64,000 nt of DNA from Marsupella aquatica (taxonomy: Eukaryota; Plantae; Marchantiophyta). The translations under genes and the position numbers were made by a program. A model generated the notes under the pieces. That model was given only the letters and a program-made list of their open reading frames with translations, was not told the DNA's origin and did no database searches. The DNA lies in NCBI GenBank assembly GCA_973895155.1, contig OZ316896.1, positions 17,348,754 to 17,412,753 of the forward strand, written 5' to 3'. Below, in pieces: positions 39,554-52,700 of the stretch; the first letter of the stretch is position 1, and each line of letters opens with the position of its first letter.

Positions 39554-42500
39554 TCAACGTGCTACCTTGACCAACGTCACTCTGGCATGAGTGAACGCGC
39601 TGATAAGTGCCCCAAGCTGCAGCTTCTCACTTGTCCCACACGCTAGCCGGTACCTGAGTCGTGACACTGTCGTTGTTAGGCTATGTTCCAAATATCTTCA
39701 ATCATGCAATCCAAAACCTCAAAAGCCTAACCCAGACACAGGCCGAAGTAATAGAGTGGATATATGCGGCAAAGCACATACTCAATATCTGCAAGTGCAT
39801 CAACAATTTGTACTCTCACATCTTGAGGCAAGCTTATTTGAAAAATGAATCTGCATAACGCCAGACAGCAGTTTTAGTGCATAGAGTAGCGTTCCAAGAA
39901 AATTGAAAGCGATATTCTCAACGAAAGCGCGCTGCTGAGAACAGCTGAGACATAAATGGGTCAGATAGCGATGTCTTCATCAAATTCTCCCCCACTCCGC
40001 AGACCAACTCTTCCAGAATAGGGACGAGAATGCAAGAACAAGCATGATCCGGCGACTTACGGAAGAAGCTCTTTCACTATGTCAACCAGAGCCAAACCCT
40101 TGTTGGTTTTCATACTTGAAACATCTGCAAAAGAGATCAACGTAAGTTCAGTAAAGACTCAACCCATAAGTAGGACATACACAGACATGCATAAAAGTTT
40201 CCAGCTGAAGAACATGAATGAAACCGTTTTCACAACAGCCATCACACTTCATGGGCAAAACAAAGAAATCAGAGCCACTAAAGGAGCACCCAACAGGTAG
40301 GTTTGAACTCAACAAGCACCTCGTACGTGCCCAAATTGATCACCAGTAGATCGGGAGGGGTTCCATGGTGTTGCTCTTTCTACTGGTGAATAGCGAGGGA
40401 AATCAGCAATAGCACTCTATGGATGAGGCCACTTTATGGAAGAGACTTACTTTCAAAAGCTGTCGTGAAGGAATCATTCAGTAGCCAATGCGCAATCTGC
40501 TCAATATCTTTGGGCATTGGGTTGCCCGTACACAAATACACTGATTCCTCCGTTACATGAGGTGTTGCCATTTGGGTTGACTGTAGATCAATATACACAC
40601 ACATACCGAACACAGATGGTTCAATGTTGAGTCACAATGTTGTCAAAATGGTGTGAAATTATTTTGCATACAAGTTACGTAACATTCAATCATTGTAAAG
40701 TGATGCCTTGACATTCTCTCATGGTATGGTAGCTGTATTGGTGATCAAGTTTTATCAATACAGAGTCCAACTTCACAGTTGAATAAAAAGCCCATAGTGA
40801 TCACACCTGGAGTATATTTAGGGCTTTACGCATATCACCCCCACCAAGCCTGACGATTGCATTGAGCCCACCTTCTGTTATATCCACCCTACAAGATCGC
40901 ATCAACCACAACAATCAGATCGGCAGACTCCTTAGAACATCCTCGTTGCAAATGGGTCAGTAGGATTGTACCTTAGTACAGACATAAGTACCCATAAGTG
41001 TTTTATGTACGGCATTTCTGTTCTTGAATATTCAGGAACAGCAATGCCGTATTTAGAATATGTATGCAAATGCTGGTCTACATAGTCATCACACTAATGA
41101 ATATCATTGATAAAAAGGAACAGGTGTAAGTGACTAGTTTCAGTCCAGGTTTCACGTTACATGTATGTTTTCGTTCACACCTCTCAGCGTGCTATCACTT
41201 GTGATCGTGTCCATTTTGGAAGTTCTAGCTTAGAGAATGACCACAGGAAACAGCTAGATACTCTGCAAACTGACTAACTGTAGTCAAAACATAACCATAA
41301 CGTCTAACTTAGAGAAGCAAACCAAATCGGTGCACTATTCTCATGCGAAGCTAGTTACTAGTTGCGGGACTCCTCAGCAGAAGCAGACAAAAACTGGTGC
41401 GTTAATGAAGCCCGTTTAATGATCTTACACACAAGATTCTTTCCAACAGGTAACCATCTCCATGCACTTTACATGAAATCGCCTTTCACCTATTACATAC
41501 ATATAACCGAACAGAAAGATCTAAGAGAGAAACTCCCTGGCTAGTCATGAGATGTAGGTTTGGTAGGTAAATACCCTTCTTCCTTGACGACGAACCGAAG
41601 TCGTTCGACGACATGTGCTTGATCAAGAGGGGCGAAGCGAAATCGAGTGCATCGAGATTGTAGAGCTGGGATAATCTTGCTCACGTAGTTGCAAATAAGA
41701 CAGAATCGAGTGTTCTTGGTATATTTCTCTATGACTGAACAAGTATAACAGTAAGGATTAGAAGACAGAGTTGCTCGTGAAAAAAAGCAACGCAACATAC
41801 TCGTGTAAATAACCTCAGAATTCAGCGGGTAAATATGCCCTCTTTAAGGAAAGGAAACCTGAACAGTCTCAGCAAGGTCCTCATGACCTAAAATCCCCAT
41901 GAATAATGTTCTGAGAATAATGGCCCCCTCCTAAACTTTTAAAGCCAGACATTCTATAGAATACACATACTCCCCCGTTTCTTTGTGAGAAATTATGTGC
42001 GGAATTCGTAAACGGGGGATAAATTTCTACAACTATGAACATTTCTCAGGTTGGTCAACATGCTTACTTCGCCGGAGAGAGAATTGAGCATCTTTGGTCA
42101 TGGCATCTGCTTCGTCAAGAATTATAAGCTTCACATTGATTTTAATACTGCAGGACCCCAAATTATTAATGAAGGAGCAATGACAACAATTAAAAACACT
42201 TTTCAACTTGATGAAAATCACGTTTTTGAAGCACTCTTGCGTAACCCGGAAGAAAAAAAGAAAGATAGGGAGGACTGATTGTGCAACCCAAATGGTTTGA
42301 GCAAAGAAAGCAATCTCTCCAGAAGTCAGTTTCCTAACAATCAGTCTACTAGAACAGCAAACATGGAGCCATAAAACTTACCCAAAAGTGATACTCTGAG
42401 TGCTAGCAAAATCTTGAACTTGGTTCCTAACCACGTCAATGCCACGATCGTCTGAGGCATTGAGCTCCAATATCATGTTCTGGAATTGAGGTCCATAGAG

Positions 42501-43122
42501 CTTGCGGGCCACTGCCAGAATGGTTGAAGTTTTTCCCGTACCAGGTGGTCCGTAAAGCAAAAGATGAGGTAGCCGATTCTCCCCAGTAAGCCTATCAACT
42601 GGATTCCAATCGAAAGCCTGCTCAGAAAACTTAATCTTTAACCTAAATTGAGATATAGCAGAAAAACTGATTTGCAAAAGACAGCGTTCCTTTCTAGTTT
42701 CTCGAGGTCAACAATGACTCGGCAGGCTGGTTGGTTTTAGATTCTACGATTTGAATTCAACTAAGTCAACAACACTGCAAAATTGCAAAATGAGGTTCTA
42801 CGCCAGGGGCAATTCAAAATTTCCGGGAACAGAGAACTGAAGCGTGAGATAGAGAAGGGACAGTACTGGTATCTATGATATCTTTGTGCGCTGCAACGTC
42901 GGAGAGTTTGGCGGGTCGATACTTCTCCACCCAGGGGCCGACTCTCTTCAACGCAGTCGGCACCGCCTTTCCCTTTCCCTTCTGCGCAGCAGAAAGCTTG
43001 CTGCCAAACTCAGGAGTATCTATATCCATCCATTCCTTGTTATTCTTAGACGCTATCTTTTCAGGAACAGCTGTTTCCATGCCCTCCACCTCCATCGCCT
43101 CCTCAGCTCCTGAAACCCCCAT
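39554..43122 (-). CDS. RFC5: Replication factor C small subunit (human RFC5 / yeast Rfc3 type; called RFC3 in Arabidopsis), ~9 exons
   Basis: PWVEKYRP; [17 protein letters not shown] (Walker A); [15 protein letters not shown]; [11 protein letters not shown] (Walker B); [11 protein letters not shown]; [12 protein letters not shown]; [26 protein letters not shown]; stop TGA at 39556-39554. Confidence 0.95.
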
Positions 43123-43409
43123 TGCGCTCAACCTCTAGACAGTGTCCATCGCCTGCCTCATCAGACAGTGAATGCTGACCTAATTCCGAGCTCCCTTTCT
43201 GACTGATTTCTTCACATTCACTACCGCAGAGCTGTTCCTTTCGATCCTTGAGCTTTGCCTACGCAGTTCTAAATCGTCTCCTTTGTATGCTTTGTTGAGA
43301 GAATGTAGAAAATGTTGCGGAATTCTCTAAACCCTGGTGCATTTCTTTCGTTTAGCCCCTCTGACCTGTACAACACAATGTGTTCACGAAGACAGTTAAA
43401 CGCGTAGGT

Positions 43410-43632
43410 GATTCTGGAATACAGTCAACACACTCTGCAATTTAGTGGACGAGGACCCAATGCAGATTCTGGAATACAGTCGACACACTCTGCAATTAGT
43501 GGACGAGGACCCAATACAAGAGATTCTGGAATACAGTCAACACACTCTGAAAATTAGTGGACGAGGACCCAATATAACAGATTCTGAAATACAGTCAACA
43601 CACTATGCAAATTAGTGGACGAGGACCCAACA
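43410..43632. repeat. Four ~56-bp tandem units in the RFC5 5' region (probable 5'UTR intron)
   Basis: gattctggaatacagtcaacacactctgcaa.ttagtggacgaggacccaa x4, between a minus-strand donor (cag|gtacg, ~43652) and acceptor (gtacag, ~43365). Confidence 0.9.
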
Positions 43633-43884
43633 CACAAGATCGATCCACGTACCTGAGCTCCGGGAATATGGAGATGTTGAGTCCCTCTCGACATTTACTC
43701 TGTGTGTTCTGAACTGAACCATTCCTTCAGAGTGGATCCTGTAGCGCTTGTGCAATAAGATGGTGATCCGTTCTTCTCATCTCCGACTGCCGTGGCGTTC
43801 ATTTCATCGACGTTCTTCAAAGACAGACATTCTTCGTCCGATTAATCAGGACCCACAGTTTTGGGGTTTGCGTTCGGGATCTTC

Positions 43885-43929
43885 TTTCCCGCCAAAATGT
43901 ATATGAATCCTGGCCGTCCGCCCGCCAAG
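43885..43929. promoter_or_regulatory. E2F-binding site(s) in the RFC5 promoter
   Basis: TTTCCCGCC at 43885-43893 plus cccgccaa at ~43921. This is the canonical plant E2F element upstream of a DNA-replication gene. Confidence 0.7.
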
Positions 43930-44039
43930 AAGTCAATGGACCACTAAAAATAAATAACTAATAATTTTTTTGGAGTGAAAAAGAGTATTTACATTTATAT
44001 CCGGCCACAATTGGTTGATGGTCTACTTATGAAAAGCAA

Positions 44040-44292
44040 AACAGCATGAGTAAATTCTGATCATCCACTGAAATCACAATTTATTCTCACCCTTTCATCA
44101 AACCAAAAGTATTTGCCGGGCCTTGGCTGTCCTGTTTGGACGCATTGAGTATATACCCCAAGCATGAGTGAGTAAATTCTGACCATCCACTAATATCACA
44201 ATTTATTCTCACCCTTGGATCAAACCAAAAGTACTTGCCCGGCCTCCCTTGGCTGTCTTGGCTGTCCTGTTTGGATGCATTGAGTATATACT
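44040..44292. repeat. ~120-bp tandem duplication
   Basis: agcatgagt...aaattctga.catccact..atcacaatttattctcaccctt...ctgtcctgtttgga.gcattgagtatata occurs twice. Confidence 0.85.
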
Positions 44293-44299
44293 CCTACGG

Positions 44300-46077
44300 T
44301 ACTTAGTATTTAGGTCAAAACCATTATGCTTTCCTGCCCTCAACCCCTAAACCCAAACTCCCTAAACCCCCACTACACCACTCCCCAAGACCTGGCTTGC
44401 TTGATGTGCCTTGGCATCTCTATTAGTGTTGCTCTGGCTTTTGCCCCAATTCTTTCCTTAGCCAGGCACTCAGCTCTTTGCTCCCATTTGTGCCTTTTGC
44501 CACCCACATTTGTTCCATCTTTTGCAACATGACTTTGAAGATCTCTTCGCCAACTCTTGCCCCTACGCTAAATACCCATATGAGTCTTGTGTCCCCTACT
44601 ATGTGTTCACTTGAATTGCATCATTTGATTACATAAAGTTATGTGCAATTTGAACAAGATATGCGCAATGACAACACTTTTCACAATAAACAAGCAAGAA
44701 TGATTGATGACCATTTATCAAAATCCAACTGCCTTTTTCCAAACAGTTCGATCCACCCAAAAAACCTGTTAATCCCCTCATCCCCGCCCTTCTAATTGCA
44801 TGCCCTATACACCTTGGCTCACCATTTGTGCCTCCACCCTCCTTAATGCACTCTCCATGCCAAAGCCCCATTGTCTGCGAGGTGAGCTGGAGATGAGGGT
44901 GGTGACAACAAAGGGTGGGGGCAAGGGAGTGAGAGTGTGTGGGTACGTGGGGCACGGGGTGTGTGTGGGGGGGGGGGGGGGGGAACTAAAGATGAAAAGG
45001 GGAGGGAGAAATTAAGTGAAAAAAAGAAGTTATCCTTACAAGACCACGTGTGGGCTCAAACCTGGACCTTTTGTCATGATGCCTCGTCGTCGTCTCCCAT
45101 CTTGCGCTCCTCTTGCCATTCCATGCACTCACCCTCCTCAACATCATGTTTATAGCAACAATATCGATCAAATTAACAACATTGTGGCAACAAGAACCCA
45201 TCAACCAAAATGATGACAACCTCACAACTATTAATAGTGTCACTTCATAGTTATAGTCAAAATAACAACTTCCTTATCTTGCATGCACTTTTTTACCTTA
45301 GTTGTACCTCAATGTATTTGTGCAAAGCTTGAGTATTGGGTTTGGCAACAATAACATGCCTAAATTTACAACTACCTTGCAAAGTGCCCGATACAATCAT
45401 CTTTGAAGATCAGGCATAACATGCCTCAACAATTACATTGCAAAACTTATATTTTCTTGCCTTGCCTTGACATCTTTTTCACACCTTGACATCTTTATCT
45501 CACCACGACATTTTTTCTCACCCTCAAAATCTTTACTGTCCTCGACATATTTTCTCTCCTCAAGACCTTAGTTTTCTCACCTTCAGATCTTTTTCTCACC
45601 TTGACCTCTTATCTTTTTCTCATCTCGCCATCTTTTTCTCACATTCACATAATTTATCTCACCACAATATCTTTCCCTTACCCTCGACATAATTTACTCA
45701 TCTTCATTTTCCTCACCTTGCCATCTTTTCTCTTCTTGACATCTAATCACGTTGACATCTAATCTCTTCCTCACATCTTTTCCTCACCTCGATACCCGCC
45801 TCAACATCATTTCTCTTCTTGACATCTTTTATCACCTTGACATCTTTTCTGTCCGGACCTCAACATCTTTTCTCTCCTTGACATCTTTTATCATCTTGAC
45901 ATCTTTTGCTCTCATTGACATCTTTAATCACCTTGACCTTTTTTCTCTCCTTGACATCTTTTATCACCTTGACATCTTTGATTATCTCGACATCTTTTCT
46001 CTTCTAGACATCTTTTATCACCTCGACATCTTTTTTCTCCTCGACATCTTTCATGCAACACACTGGCATAGGGCTAG
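44300..46077 (+). mobile_element. Non-autonomous Helitron-like insertion; 3' end supported, 5' boundary uncertain
   Basis: Ends in catgcaacacactggcatagggCTAG (decayed hairpin plus CTAG). This stretch is absent from the duplicated copy of the locus at ~56745-56765. Confidence 0.55.
45460..46050. repeat. Pyrimidine-rich ~18-bp minisatellite (ct(t/c)gacatcttt)
   Basis: Many copies of cttgacatcttt/ctcgacatcttt immediately before the Helitron-like end. Confidence 0.9.
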
Positions 46078-47001
46078 AATGACATAATTATACACAAGGA
46101 TTGGTTACTTGATTCTGGAGACTCCCATGGATGCACTAAGAGCATTCCCACTAGCTTGTGCACATCACATAGCCTCGTCATCGGGAAGGTTCAGCGGCCA
46201 GTTTCCCACCTGTCCTGCGTTTCACACTCTGGCACCAAAAATGGCCAACCATAGTTTGGACCACAAGAAAAGCTGAAGTGTTGAGTGCACTTGCCAAAGA
46301 AGCTCCAAAGATGTTGGGTCGATCTAATTAGGCTATGTCTTGCTAGCCTTGACTGCAATCGTGCCCTCAACTAGCAGCAACCGCAACTGTGCTCCAATGA
46401 TCACCTTACAAGAAGTAAGGGCGCTTGTGACTTTTTTCAGGAAAGCAATCTAGAGGGCCACTTTTTGGTAAGCATGTCATGAAGATGTACGTATACTGAC
46501 CGAAACTTTGACAATTCTAGTTAAAATATATCCGTATTCACCTTACAAAAATTCCACATCACTTCTGTCACCCCAATTGATACGGTGACTTCACTTCTAT
46601 CATTATTCTTGATATACACTTCTCTCACTTTAGAATGACACCGTCACATCACGTCTATCATTGTACTAATGTACTGTTCAATATGGACGAGGTTCAAGTG
46701 CTTGCAGTTCACCTAATCATCCATTTCTATAAAAAAATGTTCAGTATGCCTATTATACCATACAAAAATATATACAGTGGTTGCTTAACTATCACCTTCT
46801 AATTGAATGCCAGACTCAGTCCAATCACGTATATATGTGGTACGCAAAGAGAGCTCGTATCACTCTGAATGTCTTTCACAGCTCTCGATCGCGAGTACGT
46901 CTTTCAAACGTGTTTAGTGTATGTGGATTTACAGTAGGTTATCACTCTCGCTCACCAGATATATCACACTCAGATATCTCTGGTTTTGTTACGACGGAGC
47001 A

Positions 47002-49665
47002 ATGACGATCGCCACAATTGCCCCTCAGGAGCGAAGCCGTCTCAAGGAGAGTTGGAGCGCATCAAGGATTTCAGACTGCCTAAATTTGTACCTCCCTACC
47101 CCTATAGGAGAAACCAATTTGCCGACAAGGCAAAAGCCGAGGCGAGTCGATGGGTGGAGGAATACTCCCTGCTGGAGATTTACAAGACTCCTGAGGAGCT
47201 GGAAGTCTTTTACAAATCTGACTTCCCAGAGATTGCAATGTTGTCGTATGTTGATTGCGGCGAGAAGGAAGCCGCCTGGGTGGTCAAATTCTTCATGTGG
47301 GTGTTTATCTTTGACGACCGCCTCGATGATATCACCAACTTCAGCTCTCCCGAGAAATCGGCGGCACTCTTTTTGGAGCTCAATTTGCTGCTCATGTGGT
47401 CGTTTCCCGATAATGAGCAGATGAACGAAAAATTCGTGGAGTTCCTGGACGAGCGTGACGTCGCTGACCGGAGTCAGACTTTGGATTATTTGCACGCGAA
47501 GCTGGAGGAGGCGAGGCAGAATCCGGGCACAGGCGAGTACTTCTGGCGTCCTTTTGGTTTTGCCCACAGTCATCTGGTTCTTGTCTCCCTCGAAAGTTCT
47601 TGAATGTATGCAGAGGCTGTCAGACACAACCACAGTGGATTTTCCTACGTTCCTGAGCTCGAGTCGATTATTCATGTTCTCTGTTCTGCAATCTAGTAAT
47701 CCTCTTGTTGCGTCCATAAAGACGGTAGTCTAAGGACATAATTCTGATTGCGCAAGCCTTGACATATCCACATCGAAAGTCCGCATTAATTGAAGACTGA
47801 TTCCATGTCAAACTTGAAACATGCAGTGTATGACACTTCGTCACCTCAAGTCCATCCGCTCGCCAAGGCGTTTCGTGATCTTTGGGCCCAACTCTGCAAG
47901 ACGATGCCTGCTGACTCCTTGCGCAGATGGGCCATCATGTTTCAGAATCAGCTGCTTGCAAACGTCCAGGAAATCAGGAATCACAAAACGAAAACCATTC
48001 CGACCCTTGACGAGTACATTGCCTGTCGCAGGGAATCTGTCTCCACTTTGAGTTGCTCGGTAATTACTCTCCATCCTTGTTCATTAGGCTAGCATGCGCC
48101 CATCCCCCAAAGTGTATATATAGAGAAAACTAACTAGCATCGTAAATAGACTTCCCCACAAAGGTGGATAAGCTGTCTTGTGATCCTGAGGTAGTGACTC
48201 GGCCAGGTTCGAAAATCCCGAGTAATTTCTTATAATGTGATGAACAGGATTGGCATGAGTTTTCTGGAGTATAACTGACGTCAATGAGTAAAAATATACA
48301 GCCGAAGTTTTTAGGATACAAAAAGCGAGTTTCTCGATCTTTTGACAAAGAGATTTAAATTATCAAGTTAGAGAACAGTCTAAGCGCTTGTGGTTGAGAC
48401 TTTTGCATAGTAGGTGAATTTCGAACCTGGTATGTTTGGATATTAAGGTCCACCACTCCACAGTCTCCTTCAAACACCACTGGCCATATAAAAGGGGAAG
48501 TGTCCAAGACTTCCCCAGATTCCACTCTCTCGATCCCTTCCTCTACGTACCTAGCTAGCTTGCCAGTACTCTCGATTTTAGGAGAAATAATTCGTAATAA
48601 TGAAATCTGTGGACCCAGGTTTGATGATTGGACAATGGCAGTTACTTTGATGCCTCGATGCTAGTGCAACTGCATTACATCGTAATGTATTCATGTAAGT
48701 CTATTTCTAGCTTCTTGTATATGGTTTAAGCTAGTCTTTAATTGCTGAGAGCGCTTCTCTTCCCGCTTCTATTGTCCAGGTGCTTATAGAGTTTCTGGAT
48801 AAGGCACATCTACCCGATCAGGTCTTTGATTGCCCGGAAATGCAGCGGTTCCTTGTAGCTTTTGCTGACTTCGTTTCATGGCACAATGACCTTTGCTCAT
48901 TCCAGAAGGTACGTATGCATCATGTGTACAACATTGTCTGCGCGCAACTGTGTTAGCATGTTTTAGCGGATGTGTACTCGGATGTGTACTATAGCAGCAA
49001 CTGTAGCTCGTCGAGAAGAGAGTTGTTAGCTTCCAAACAGCGGCTCGTTTGGTCAAGGAAAGATATATGATCGAGCCATCCAGTCTATCCTCAAATTTTC
49101 GATTTCTTCAGCTTCTGTGCCAGCGTTTCAGCAAATGCATAAACATTTTTCCCTGGAGCCGCGTCAATGCCGCTCCCATGGGATCGTTAAGTGGCATAGA
49201 TGCTCCTAACTCTCAGGAAGACTGCTCTGAACCTCGCTTGCCTTTCGTAGCTAGTACATTTTGCACCAGACATGCGACATGCTACCATCCAAACTTAAGT
49301 ACTTCGTATACTAGATTTAGCGAGTCAACTTCAAAAACTTCAGTGGCATGGTTGACGTAGCGCATGGATGTGAACTGGTGTAATGTTTTCAGGAAGCTAT
49401 GCTAGGAGACGTGTACAACTTGGTGATTGTTTTAAGCCACGCAGAAGGTTGCTCATATGCAGAGGCTGGGATCAAAGTGCACCAGATGATCTTGGATAAA
49501 ATCGTGGAGATGGAAAAAGCAATCGGTGAATTGGGAAAGGTGACACCGCCTGAATATCAGCATGCAATTTCAAGATATGTTCATTTTACACGGACTTTCG
49601 TCACGGCTACTTATTACTGGCATGACAAGTCTGCACGGTACATGCTGAAAGAGAGTTGTTGCTAG
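47002..49665 (+). CDS. Microbial terpene synthase-like (MTPSL) class I terpene synthase; exons ~47002-47532, 47827-48059, 48780-48908, 49393-49665; apparent 1-nt frameshift near 47050 (possible pseudogene or assembly error)
   Basis: FIFDDRLDD (DDxxD); PTLDEYIACRR (R sensor); NDLCSFQK|E (NSE/DTE motif across intron 3); WHDKSARY (WxxxxxRY). Alpha-domain only, with no plant TPS beta/gamma domain. Confidence 0.9.
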
Positions 49666-51264
49666 CAAGAGGTGTCGCTAGACTATGCAAACGGTAGGTT
49701 TTCTGCACAACATGTCAAAGGGTTACTTTGACCGAAAATCCCACCGAAAACGGATAGCTCTATCCATTAAACCAAAATTAGCTATCTAAATACTCCGGGT
49801 GACCCGGACTGCTCATTCCATAATTGGGTTTATCGCGTTTGCGGACGGGGCGCCTAACCACGGCCCTCCAATCGACCACCATATCAATCTCATCTGTCCA
49901 TCAAATGACAAGATCTAGGGCTCAAAATGTAACTCTCAGTGAGATATACCTCTCAGAAAAAACCTCAGTGAAAAATGAGTGAGAAATAATGAAAAACAAA
50001 CAGAGCGTTCTGATTGGTTGTTACCATAATTTTGAATTTTGAATTTTATGGCAATCCGGGCAGGGGACACCTGTCCCCATAAACGCACAGGGTGCAGGGC
50101 AGAGTCTCGGGTGACTCACACAGGTAGCGCCGGGTCCGGAGGGGCTTTGCCTTGGCCGAGGGCTGCAGCCGGGGATTATCTTTATATGGAGTTGGTGATA
50201 CTCTATTTTTGAATAACTTCCCATAGCACAACTCAATCGCAACTCAATCGAGCTCCAGCTATGGCAGCCTGTGACTTGAAAGGAAATGGGAAGGCAAGCT
50301 CCCACAGATCAGCCAACAAGCTGTGAGGAATCGAGCGAGAGGGCAAGCACGAGTGAGAGGGAGGCGAGCTTCAGTGTTGTGGCTATGGTGGAAGTTGCAA
50401 GCTGTGAAGAATGGGACGAGGTGCAGTGCCGGCCAAAAGCTGTGAGCACTGGGAGGGGTTGCGGCTAGGGCAGGGCCCTGCAAAGGGTAGGTGAGAAGAC
50501 CCTGTCATCACCGGGTGAGCAAGGGGCGACTGCTGCCCTACGGACGGTGAATAGTGTTCGGGCAGGACTCGGGGTACCTTATATACCCGAGTTGTGGTTT
50601 AACGCACAATAGCAAGACTTGTAAGATCTACTAACTGTATGCTACGGCTGTGATCAACGACTTAGTAAGTTACGTATATATGTACCCGTCCAAGACTAGA
50701 GCTGGAGAAAGGGGAAAGGTTCAGAGTGATTTGTCTTTGCCGTGCCTGGACTTACAAATTCAAGCCCGTATTTATAGATCCTTTGGACCAACTATATACC
50801 AGGCCTGTGACCAAAGGGGGTTGGGTCACATTAGGCTGAACTATAAAGAGCAAGTATTAAATATACTTAGCTTATGTCACCAATGGAAGTGTCTTTAATA
50901 GCAAAAATTGGATTCATGTTTCTATGATATGATATATTATTCTTAGAAGTTTAGTTTTAAATAGGTATTATGAAATCATTATCTATGAATCAGGTCCAGC
51001 AAAAGTAAGCAAGCATACCAAATCTCATCACTTTTTTTGGTGAAGAAACATAATAACTACAAGGTACAAATCTATCATTTTATTTGTTTGGAAAAACATA
51101 ACAAATACAAGGTAAAGAGCTACAATAAGTGCTCTCTAATTATTCAGATAAAAATAGTTTTCAACTTGATGAAGGAAATAAGAGTATTGAACCCTAAATG
51201 TATCTAAAACACTAACTTTAACCCTAGAGCATTCACTACCTAATCTGGAATAAATCATAAAGAA

Positions 51265-52700
51265 TTAAGTTTTTTTTCTTCGCTCATCGTCAACCTTTCG
51301 TTGATGTATCAACGGACCAATATCTGAAGGATGAACACAAGGATGAACACAGTCATAGGCAAAATATTTTTCAAACACTATATTGCATAAAACATTTATG
51401 TGCAATATTGCTACATAATTGAGGCAAACTGCAAATTCTGCACCGCTCAAGTTAAGAACTGCTTTTTCAACAGTTGCACCTTGCACCTTGTGAACTGTTA
51501 TAGCATCAGCAAGAACTAAAGTAATTTTTTTTCTTGATAATGATTTGCGTCCATATGATGTTTTTTTTCCCATGTGGCCACAGATGGAGGTATAGGTACC
51601 AATGGTATTCCATTTGAAGCATGCCAATATGTAAGGCTTTTATAATTTTTTATAGCTAAAAACACAAGATCTGGTAAATTATTGGTGGCATCTAAAGGAT
51701 CCAACCATACAAGATCATGGACAATTGCTGTAGTTCCATTGATAAGACCTTCTTGCACCCAAAGATTCTGGGTCAACATCACATTGGATCCTTTAGATAA
51801 AAGTATTTTTGTCACAAGACCTCCAACATCATCTACACTACCTTTTAGGGCATCCCTCCCTCTTGTTGGATGATCAACAACCAAAATCCTAATAGGCAAG
51901 CCACTATCTTTCAGAACTGATTCATTGTAGATCACAACATCTTTTTTTCTCGGATAGATTAGAATAGCATCCTTCATGTTCTCTAGTTCTTGTTGCAATA
52001 ATTTCAATCGTCCATTAAAATCCACTTTAAATCGTGTCGCCATCAACTCCCAATCTTCACGTGTGCAACATCGATCATGCAATCTTAGTAATAAGTCTCT
52101 AAACTTTATTTGCTCTTGGTCATTGCCCCTTTGCTGCATTACAGTTGATAAAATTGTGGAGACCTCAAATGAAAGATATGCTAATTTTCCTCGCAAGGCT
52201 TGCTCAAGTGCATCTCCACCAAATTTGGATAGGTCCCCAAATAGAGGAGTATCGCCCACCGGAGGAAGTTGCCCAAAATCCCCAAATAATAGATTGAACG
52301 GAAATTCCACCAAAAACATTTATCTGAGGAATTAGGAAATGCTTGGCACAAGCGTCAGTCTATTTTTGCCAATGATTTTAACCCTACCATTTATGCATCG
52401 GTCTTATTGATAAGGCTGAATGATAGGTTTGGCCCTTTATGGCATGAGCTACAACTCCTGTGGGTGCAATTCAGATTAATGCGGATGACAAGTTTGGATC
52501 TTTTTGTCGAGCTATACCATGTGAAATAGCTCCAATCAAGAGAGATTTTCCCGTTCCACCGACCCCATCAGCGACTATGTCGTCACTACCACCGGCTAAG
52601 CAAACTCACACTAGTTCAAAAGAATGCGATAAAAATTTGTCTATAAACTATCCTAATGATCGAGTGCGTCCCTCCACAACCACCTGAGAAAATGGTGGGT
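51265..52700 (-). pseudogene. Pif1-family helicase pseudogene (Helitron- or MULE-derived)
   Basis: ADGVGGTGKS (Walker A, ~52570); APTGVVAHAIKGQTYHS; MVGLKSLAKID*RL; LFGDFGQLPPV; VMQQRG; VMLTQNLW..GLINGT; AITVHKVQGAT. Multiple frameshifts and a stop. Confidence 0.88.

Noticed and set aside
43410-43632. CRISPR-like 56-bp repeats
   Set aside because: The whole unit repeats and there are no spacers.
45752-46087. LDIF-repeat ORF resembling an LRR
   Set aside because: It is the translation of the 18-bp minisatellite.
47025-47717. 230-aa antisense ORF
   Set aside because: Shadow of MTPSL exon 1 with no recognisable motifs.
35041-49665. Terpenoid biosynthetic gene cluster
   Set aside because: MTPSL neighbours are housekeeping genes (RFC5, TPR); no P450, prenyltransferase or reductase is visible in the window.
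49790-50590. Possible TIR element downstream of the MTPSL
   Set aside because: End similarity (tactccgggt.. versus ..actcggggta) is too weak and there is no TSD.
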